Positions 12,326 to 21,908 of a stretch of 64,000 bases of DNA are shown here, one piece after another. The notes under the pieces were generated by a model. The model did not search any database. It was given only the letters and a program-made list of their open reading frames with translations, and was not told where the DNA came from. Each line of letters starts with the position of its first letter. The first letter of the stretch is position 1. This DNA is from Lepidodermella squamata. Lineage: Eukaryota; Animalia; Gastrotricha. The stretch is taken from positions 744,001-808,000 of the forward strand of contig JBLDXI010000019.1 in NCBI GenBank assembly GCA_047495785.1, read 5' to 3'. Made by a program: the position numbers and the translations under genes.

Positions 12326-13881
12326 ATGAGAGAAAGGAAGAAGTTATCACTAATAACCGTCGTCGCACTTGCTGCACTTGCACCTGCTGCTTATGGTGAG
12401 TCATTTCAATTTCTTCAAAAATCTTATTTAGTTTTTCAATTTTATAGGCCAGGTTTGCTATTCGAGCCCTCCGATCAATGTAACGGCGTTCCAATCACCC
12501 GCCGTTCCAACCTATACGTCCCTGCTCCAAATTTTCGTCGACTACCAATTCACGTGCGCCGGGGTTGTTACGCAATGGGAGTATCTCCCGACCAAGAAAA
12601 GCTCAACAGCCGAGGCGGTATTCTTCGGCGTTTGGCGCCTAGTCGGTACTCAATATCTGCTGATGGGCGCCGTTCAAGTCACGCCGGCCTCTCTAACGCC
12701 TAACGTCGTAAACACAATAACGATTCCGGTGGCGAATGGAATACCTGTCGCTCCTGGGGACATGATAGGTATGCATTACACGGAGGGGCTGCTCCTACAG
12801 GAGCAAACTATGGTCATCTCATACGTTGGGATAACCAGCGGCGTCACACTACCCCTACCATCGCGAACTCTTGTTTGGATGTATGGAAATAAGAACATTT
12901 ACGATTCAGGCGGATACGTCGATTCTACCATGGGCGCTTCGATAGCGGATAACATTCGCATTCCGGGTCTTAGGGCTCAAGTCTCGCCAGTTCCAACAGT
13001 CCCAATGGTGGTGCCAACGACTACTACGGTGATTCCTGTAGTAAGTACGGTCGACACCAAGCAGGTGTTAGTTCCTATGGTTTCGCCTGGTTCGACAACC
13101 CAGGTGCCGATGACGACCCCGGCTCCGACCCCGGCCCCGGTCACCGTGCCTGAAGTGACGGCGCCACCTACAACCAGCCCACCGGCGCCAACTACAACGC
13201 CAATGGCGCCGTCAACTCAACCGCCGACTACGGCCGCGAACCCGACAACAGTGATCAGCACCCAGGCCCCTACCACGGCACCGCCCGCGGCCGTCCCGAC
13301 TGCGGCAGCCCAAGTTCAGTCAGCTACAACATCTTCGACCAACAACGACCTGTTGCAACAGTTGTTGAATTTGAAAAACATGGCGCTTCAATTCGGGGAC
13401 TACACCGTTAATGGCACCCCGGTTTGGCTGATCACCCTTATTGTTAGCCTGGGGCTGTTGGCAATTATCGTACTACTCTTAGTGCTTCTGTGCTACGCCT
13501 GTTGCTGTCGCAAGAGGACTCCGTGAGTTGATCAATTTTTTTATAAATTATTTGTAAAAAATATTTGATTTTTTCAGCGTTACACCAGAGTTAGTGAAGC
13601 CTCCATCTCTAACGATTGATTCCCAGACCGATTTCCCGTACCGCCTTACAGCACCGGTGATGATTGACCGCGGCATGAACACGAAAAGATCGGCGTGGGA
13701 AAATTACGAGAAGCAACGGAAAGCTAAAGCTGCTCCGAAAGAGGAAGCGCCACCGCCGCCTGCACCCGAACCCGCACCCGCGCCCATGTTCGAACCGCCG
13801 CCGCAGATCATCCGGCTTCACTTCAACGGCATGGCGCCTTTCGTCGGCGCCCCGGAATACATGCATCCTAATGCTATTTGA
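12326..13881 (+). CDS. Type I membrane protein, family member C
   Basis: Exons 12326-12395, 12448-13522, 13578-13881: signal peptide, GQVCYSS...LLQIFVDYQFTCAGVVTQW...VAPGDMIGMHY...IPGLRA, Thr/Pro stalk, QFGDYTVNGTPVW-TM-CYACCC, tail DSQTDF...DRGMNTKR...PQIIRLHF. Confidence 0.85.
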
Positions 13882-14124
13882 ACTATATAATTATTGGAAA
13901 ATCTTCATCTTTTATCACCTTACTGGATCTCATACTGTTGTTCTATTCTATTAAAAGCCCCGTGATGGATTTATTTTTCATAGCTTAGCTGAAACTTTTC
14001 TTGGAATAAAAACTTGATGGAATCTTGTTGTATGACGTCATTCGTCGCAGAAGTGTAACGCAGCAAATCGTTGTCCAAATTTCTGGTTGCAAAAAATGAA
14101 AAAACCAGCGAGAGAATTCCACAC

Positions 14125-14145
14125 TTCCTTCCGCAGTTTATTTGC
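14125..14145 (+). promoter_or_regulatory. Conserved upstream element (copy 2, before member D)
   Basis: Exact match to 12205-12225; a CRE palindrome TGACGTCA lies at 14033-14040. Confidence 0.7.
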
Positions 14146-14311
14146 CCAATCCTGGAGCGTGTTAGACAGGAATTTTTATTAAATTTTTCGGTAGCTCACA
14201 CGATTTGTTTGCTTTCTGTTCTCTATCATTTTTTTGCTGTTGATTTTTTTGTGTTGGATTTGAAAAACTTGGAAGAAAAGAGCTGTGAATTAGACAGGCG
14301 CAGCTCGAATT

Positions 14312-15097
14312 ATGCACCAGGATTTGGCGCTGACCATCGCCTTCCTGGCGACCGTTATTGGCTCGATTGAAGCCCAACAACTTCAAGCTGACCTTCAGGC
14401 CGCTCTTGACTTTGCAAGCTACAAATTCGATAACGGATTCCCAGGTAAGAGAAAGACTCAAAGATGTTGCTCAAAGGCTGGAAATTTTACTTTTCATAGT
14501 CTGGGGAGTTGTGGCGATTGTTGGAGGCGTTACTGGCCTTATCATCTTGATTCTACTGATTTTGCTATGCTACGCATGCTGCTGCCGAAATAAGGGGAAT
14601 TCGGAAGAGTAATTTTTTCCAAATATTGAATGCTCAGGAATCATCCTTAAAATTCCTTCAGAAGCGAGAGATTGATTCGCAGGAGAGCTCCAGGTGAACT
14701 TGCGGAGATGGATTGTCAAACCGAATTCGCGCCCGATTCGGCTTATGTAGCTTATACTGATACAGGTACGATGACTAAGAGAAACGCGTGGCGCACCAAA
14801 GCGACGGAGCCTGCGCCGAAAAAAGCGGCTCCCGCACCGCCGAAAGAGGCCCCGCCACCTACTGAGCCCTGTCCAGCATATCGGACGCCGCAGATTGTTG
14901 AGCTGCACTTCGGCGATGGCACTTACATGACGGCGGCGGTTCCTCGCCCTCCCCCGCCCACGCGCCCACCACCACCTGCACCTACAACACCCAGTTCGGC
15001 TACGTATCAACACCCAGCGCCTCCTCAAGCCGCTTACTACCCGTATGCAGCAACAGGGCGGCCTTTCAGCTATCACATGCAGCCGCATTACTATTGA
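14312..15097 (+). CDS. Type I membrane protein, family member D (minimal ectodomain)
   Basis: Exons 14312-14444, 14500-14608, 14662-15097: signal peptide, ~23 aa ectodomain ending DFASYKFDNGFPVW, TM, CYACCC, tail DCQTEF...DTGTMTKRNAW...PQIVELHFG, Pro/Tyr-rich end. Confidence 0.85.
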
Positions 15098-15382
15098 GAG
15101 AAAAATTGCAGCTTGAAACTAAAAATTCAATATAATCATTATTCTTATAAATTTCCTTTTCATCAATTTCTATCATTGTTTCGAAAATACTTGAGACGTA
15201 ATTTGCTGTTATTTGTCGTTTAACGAATTTCAAATAAAATTAATTATTTTTGGAATCTTGAACTTATTTTTTGGCTCATCCAGGGGTATGATTCATGTTG
15301 GAATCTGATTTGCGCTACGGTTGTTTTCGTTCTTCCGAATTTATTGCGAATTTTTTTCGATATTGCCTGACGAAACTAGACA

Positions 15383-15402
15383 TCCTTCCGGAGTTTATTT
15401 GC
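15383..15402 (+). promoter_or_regulatory. Conserved upstream element (copy 3, before member E)
   Basis: TCCTTCCGGAGTTTATTTGC, one mismatch to the other copies; ~98 bp before the ATG at 15500. Confidence 0.65.
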
Positions 15403-15499
15403 TGAAAAAAATTAATCTGACGCGCAAGGTGCTGGCTGTTTTTTCTCACCATTATTCTGCTGTTTGATACCTTACTGACGAATTTGTTACAAAAGCAAT

Positions 15500-16132
15500 A
15501 TGAACGTGCTTAAGGGTAACTACCTTTACTTTAGCCTAGCTATCCTAGGCCTTACGTTTCTGTTGGACTATCATATCGCGTACGTCTTGGATCTGTCATT
15601 TCTTATAATATCGAATTTGAATGAATTTAATTACAGTAGCGTTGAAGCTCAAAGCAGTACCACGGTTTCTGCCCTGACCCTCCAAGCTTTCACAGATCTG
15701 ACAGTCAATGGAACGAAAGTTTGGATCATCTTGGTCGCTGTTGGAGGCGTTGTTGGAGCGATCATCATCGTTCTCCTCATCCTAGTTTGCTGCGCTTTCG
15801 CTCGACGCGGATCAAAAGTGTAAGTTACTAGTTTTAGGCTGGATTAGCAAAACTGAAATTTCCATCGCAGCGGCCCACCCGGTGTTGAGTCAGGCTCAGC
15901 TGGGCACTATGTAGTCGACCCTGAACGATTCCCGTCAACCGAAGTCCAGACAGACTTCCACCCAGGCTTCTCGAGCCGCGTTATTCAAAAATGCGACGCT
16001 GCCACGATGACGAAGCGCACACTGTGGTCGGGCATCCCTGAGCCGCCACCGGAGGAGCAAGCAACTGAGGAAGAAAAGGCCGCTGATGCTGAGGCTATCG
16101 CGGCTTATCTCAGCCATCCACACGAGGCGTAA
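15500..16132 (+). CDS. Type I membrane protein, family member E (minimal ectodomain)
   Basis: Exons 15500-15579, 15637-15819, 15871-16132 (first intron is 57 nt and in frame): ...SVEA-QSSTT...QAFTDLTVNGTKVW-TM-CCAF, tail TEVQTDF...DAATMTKRTLW. Confidence 0.8.
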
Positions 16133-16667
16133 TTCCTCTCTTAACAACTGTTTTCTCGCGTATTTTTAAGATTTTTTCAAAATGCATTTGTTCAAAATGC
16201 AACCGGTTAAACTGTTTTTCGCATCGTAAACTTTGTGAAACATCTACCAGTGAACTTTTTTCAGACCAGTGAATAAAACCTTTCAAAAAAAGCATCCAGT
16301 TTCATACACAAAATTTTTATTCAATTCATTTTAAAGCGGATCATAACACCCAACATAAAAGCCTTTGATTGAAAGTGCTTCGCATTTCAGCTCAGAATAT
16401 ATCCCCAAGCACTTTGGTTCTAAGAAATCAGTCGGAATTGCACGGAATTTTACTCTAACATTGGACAACCTTTTCTTTCATGTAAGGACCGAGGAACGAA
16501 AATGCCATCACCGCTTGAGCCGAGATATCTGTGTCCCGGGTGCCATTACAACCAGCAGCAATGTTTGTGTTTCACAACATCACATGCAGATAAATTAACA
16601 GTTAATATTTTATTGTGGTGGAATATTGGGATAAAGATCGGCGCGTGCAACAACATCACAATCGTTT

Positions 16668-17198
16668 TCACTGATAGCCAGGCTGGTACCGGGCGTAGCC
16701 GAGCGGACCGCGCGGCGGCTGGGCCTGCATCATGGGTGGCGGGGCACCGAAAGCCGGCGGTGGGGCGACTCCACCTGGGGGCGGGGTCGGCTGGGCCGGG
16801 TAGCCGCCGCCCATCTGAGGTGGGTAACCGGCTCCAGGTTGCTGCATGCCAGTTGGCGGCGGTCCGTACGGATTCGGAGCACCCACGGGCGGTGGTGGAG
16901 CGGCAGCCTGTGGTTGCTGCTGGGGCGCCTGCTGAGGTTGCTGGTACCCACCGCCGTAGTAGGAACCAGCCTGAGGCGGTGCAACTTGAGACTGAGGTGG
17001 CGCGTTTTGATATTGCTGACTTGGTGGCGCGTTCGGATTGCCGTAACCTGGATAATATCCAGCCTAAAATTTACAGAAAATTATTAAATCATTTATAAAA
17101 TAATCAAAACAATTCAGACTTGAGCCGGAGGTTGGCTGGGCGGCTGCGCTTGTGGTGCCTGTGGAGCTTGAGGCCTGGGTGCCTGTTGTTGCTGCTGC

Positions 17199-17265
<67 letters not shown>

Positions 17266-17998
17266 GCTGCTGCTGCTGGTAACCAGATTGAGCTCCGTAA
17301 CCTCCATAAGAATTATCAGCCGGGACAGACTGAGCATGTCCTTGGTTGTGATCATCATGTTGATGAGAAGGTAGACTCGAATGCAGAGGGTCGAACTCTC
17401 GAGCATTGGCGCTTGAGCGTTCTTCGTGAACTTTGCTTGTAACGTTCGGGCTGGGCGAGTCGCTCTCTGAATCCTCACTCTCTTGAACAGCGCTGCCATT
17501 GTGATGATTAGCATGAGCATGGTTAGACGACGCTGATACGCCACCAGCTCCGCTTTCGTGCATCACAAGTTTGTCCAAAACTTTGGTCACCAAATCACGG
17601 ACTTGTTGAAGTTCTCGGCGTAAACTGGCTACCTCCTTGTTGGCGAGGGGGCGCGAATTGTGGTTGGGAATTATGGTGATGCGCAGCATGTGGCTCAACT
17701 GGAGGGCAAATGTCAGATCGTTTCCATCAGTGATAGTAACCAGGTCTCCATCTGAAAACTTTCATTATAGCTCTGAAGAATAGAAAATAACCAACTCACC
17801 GTGATCCTTATATTTAATGGTAAACTCATCGTCCGCAGATAAATGACCCTTGAAAATTCGTTGCATCATCAGAACAAGTTCATCGAAAGTAATATCGACA
17901 TTGTGAACTGGGATACACCTGATATCATCGCCAAGTTGAGCCTTGACGATGATGATACCTTCCGCTGGTGAACCTTCCATTTCAGCACTCAAGGACAT
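16668..17998 (-). CDS. TFG: Protein TFG (PB1 domain, coiled coil, P/Q-rich tail)
   Basis: [34 protein letters not shown]...KYKDHDGDLVTI matches the TFG PB1 domain; exons 17998-17800, 17751-17120, 17063-16668; C-terminus NPYG...YARYQPGYQ. Confidence 0.93.
17183..17278 (-). repeat. Coding CAA/CAG microsatellite (32 Gln) in TFG
   Basis: 96 nt of ctg/ttg triplets on the plus strand, with a pure run of 22 at 17201-17266. Confidence 0.95.
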
Positions 17999-19152
17999 GG
18001 GGTCAATATCTATATCATTGAATGGTAAAATCGGTAAAATTAGATCAGCAAGCAGAAAACCATAAAACTTCGTGAGGTCAAAAACTAATAAGTCATCATG
18101 AAAACTAGTCACCATGAGTCTTGTCGGTTTAAAAAGAACAAATTACACTGCGAGAGTAAAATATCCATGACAAAACACAAGCAACAACAGACTGCTGCTT
18201 TGACTAATTGCTATGACGGACAAGAATGAAAGGGTGGAATTACTAAACCCTTGCCAGACAGCCCCGCAGAGAAAATTCATAGCCATAAAAATATATCATA
18301 GCGTGGAGAATTACAGAATGACCAATTGAAAGTCGCATCTATCTATTAATTACTACCCGCCCCGAGTCCAGAGTCTTCCCGATCTTTGGTATTGCGTTAA
18401 TAGCGGATAGACCAGGCGCGACAATCGGCCATCGGCATTCGATAAATTGCAGAGAATTGGGATGAAGGATGAAGATTTGAGGAAATATTAGGTAAGGCAA
18501 TTGATGACGTTTACTAAAATGGCAGCTGAAAGCTGAAATAACAAGAAGAGCCGTTAAAAGAAGTAACTGGTGACAACGACCGGTCTTCCCAACATTGTGA
18601 AAGCGACAACTACAGCGATGTGCAAATTTATGACACAGGTGGCCATGTAAAGCCCGTCAGCTATCGGAGACGAGTTTAAAACTCAGGTTTCACGTCACGC
18701 CGGCATGGAAGGAGGCGTTTAACTGAGAGATGGCGATGAGTCAGTCGACATTTTCCAGGTCGAAAGATCGATGTCAAGAGAAATCAAAAGCCCGCTTCTT
18801 TCATTTACTTTTGTCGCTTATTTAATGGCATAAATTTTTATTTGATTTTAAACTGCAGTAGGATGAAAATGTAACAGCTTATTGAGATGCAGAAATTATT
18901 CTTCAGATATCACTTTTGGCGCTTTTTGCGATTCGATTTTTGGTTTTTTTTCCCGATTCAACGGGTTGCTGCGGTTGCCTCCTCACAAGCGTGCCTTTAT
19001 TTCACCCTGGGAATTGCGTCGCTTGCTTTCTCGTTGATTGTTCTTAACAATTAGTGGCTTCATGAATTTCCCTTGGATCTTACAATGAGCTTTTTTACGA
19101 CCCAAAGCAATTGATGATTTTCTTGTACTTTAGAATTTCGCGACTTTAGTGA

Positions 19153-21088
19153 ATGCTACATATTTCAGAAGAGCACCAAACCACTGTAGCACTCTTGTTT
19201 TGCAAACGCCAGGATTACGCTCAACCTTATCACCTGAGACGGAATGGCAGCCTCGTAATTGGTCGGAGTAATGCGACAGCCAGTGAAGGTGACACGGAAG
19301 CAATTGACATCGATTTAGGATTGTTCACACGCTTCGTTTCGAGGAAACATTTTCGCATTCGTCACTGTCCCGATGACAATGTAGGCCAGTCTTGTTTTAT
19401 CGGCGAAGTTCTCGGCAAAAATGGGGTGTTCATTGATGGGGAATTCTTCAGAGCAGATGTATCTATGGAGCTTCCAGCCAAGTAAAGTCTTTTTATGCTT
19501 ATTTTCGTCATATTCAGTCGTTTATTTGGCTAGATGTATTTTCCGATTCCCGAGCACCGATATTTGCATATCTTTCATTTCGCTAACGCACGCTGAATCA
19601 CAACCAGGAGAGATTCTTCAATCTGCAATTGCCGCTAATGAGTTGAGAGAATCCGGTCAGTCTTACGCTGCTAAAAATGTTCAATGCAATACGAGGCCGT
19701 GCTCACCGTCTGGAACTATTAGCGCCTTCAATTCCTGCCCGCCTAGTCCTCGACGAGGAATGTCGCATCTACACCCTCAGGCGAACTTGAACCCGTTGCA
19801 CAGTTCGAGTCCGTTACCCGGCACAAGGCAAGACAAGCGGGGCTTGTTTTCCTCGGCTACTTCTGGTCATTATGGCGACGGAAGGAGTTCAAATGAAGCA
19901 TTGCCGACTGATGACACGATCGCGCTCGAGGCTGACTTAGTTTGGGAACCTTCGATAGATCGCGATAACTCCGGCATGGTTGCCGGTCTTTTGGGCGGAG
20001 ATGATGACGTAGCAGTCACATCAACGGCTCATTTACTAGATTTTCACAACAGCGATGCTCAAATGCCGCCACTTTCCGACGACGATGAGGATGGCAACGC
20101 TAATCACCGCGAACATTTCCTACCAACAACCGTGCGAGAAAATTACTCACCTCGCGTTGATTTACGGGATGACGACGTGCCTCTGACCACGCCGGAAAAT
20201 TCAGTCGCCGTCGCTCCTCAAATGGGACAGGCTGACGATGAACAACCGGCCAAACCGACGTTGTCATACGTGCAACTTATTGCTCAAGCCATTCTATCTT
20301 CTCCGCTTTGCCGGCTACCTCTGAAACGAATTTACGAATACATTTCAAGACATCATCCTCACTACAAATTGAGCGAGAAAAGCTGGCAAAATTCCATTCG
20401 CCATACTTTATCGTTGAGTCCATTTTTCGCTAGAGTAAGCCGCGATTTGTCACTCGATTTTTCCGAAATTAATTTCCTATTTTATTAGGCATATAGATCT
20501 GCGGGTGAAAAAGGAAAAGGCTCGTTTTGGACATTATCTGAGGCCTATCATAGGAGGCATGAGCTTGAAGTTCCGAAAAAGGGACGGCGCCCGAAGAAAG
20601 CAGTAGAAAGGCCTGCTCCTTATCGTAATAAACCGATTGCACCGGCTCCTAGTCACGAAGAACTTCAACTCCAGCAGCAAATGTGCGAGCAAGAACAATT
20701 CCAGGTGTATACTGATGCAATGCCTGTTGCCCAGCCTGTTACAATATATCTGGCGCCGGGTAACGATGGAACTTACACCTTGGTGCAACAGCAGCCTCAA
20801 CCTCAACCGCAGGTCATTTACCTTCAATGCATCGACCAGGGTCAGTTGCTCGAACAGCAGCAATCTTACCAAAATTTTACGATAATTCCGGCTGGTAATA
20901 TGCTGGAAACCGGTCACGTCTCAGTTTCAATCGCTGGGAATGGTCAACAACAGCAGCAGACTTCAAAACAGACGTCAAGACCTGCCCGCCAGCCTGTTTT
21001 GATAAATAATAAGAAGATATTTCTGACTCCGGTTGACGTCTCGCCGTGCACGTCGAATGTGTCTTTTTCTAGCTACTTACCAAAGTAG
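19153..21088 (+). CDS. FOXK: Forkhead box K-type transcription factor (FHA plus forkhead)
   Basis: FHA IGRS...FVSRKH...LGKNGVFIDG...CIFRFPST; FoxK motif SPSGTISAFNSCPPSPR; forkhead KPTLSYVQLIAQAI...WQNSIRHTLSL...KGKGSFW; exons 19153-19481, 19534-20434, 20489-21088. Confidence 0.9.
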
Positions 21089-21908
21089 TTCTGATAAAAG
21101 GAATATCACTAGTTTTTATCGGCTTTTTTCTACGATATTTTCTCAATTTTCTTCTGCCTATTCGATGCTAACGTCGATGTTTTTGCGATGATATGAACCT
21201 GATGTGAAGATACCTCGATCAATTTGTTTTACAACCGATTTTTGGAATAAAAGGAAAGACACATGCTTGATTTTTGAATCTTCATTAGTTTGAGGTCATA
21301 AAGCTCAAGTACATTTCAAGACTAGCCAAAGGAGACAATTTTGGAAATTAGTAGCATTGAGAGGGCGAAGAATCCAGAATCATCGGAACCTCCAAAATCT
21401 TTTTGATTTCAGCAAAAATATTTTCTCAAGCCTTTTGAGAGGATTTCTAGCTTCTGACGAATCGGCTTAGTAACACAGTTTTATTCCGTTGATAATGAAA
21501 AGGCGATTCAATTCAGCTTCCGTAAAATCGTTTATTGTCAAATCGTCACTTAAAACCGAGCTAGAAATATTATGGCCGAAAGGCAACATCAAATCATGTC
21601 GCACGAACGGCGCTCGAGAGGTATAAAAGGACACCACATGGAAAGCAAATAACGCGTGCGCCGATCATACGCTGATGATGTTGTTGTTAACACTTTACAG
21701 TAGCACAGATGACAGAAAGAAGAAGACCAATCAACCAACCAACGAACGAACCAAGAAGAAGAAGGAACCAACGAACATCGCCAGCCCATTTCACCCATCC
21801 ATCCATCCAGCCATCACAACACGTCGACTCAGAAGTGGTAGAATCAGTAGCAACAAAAAATTATCATAATAACAGCGTATGAAACACCTAACAAGTCTGC
21901 GCGCGCCC

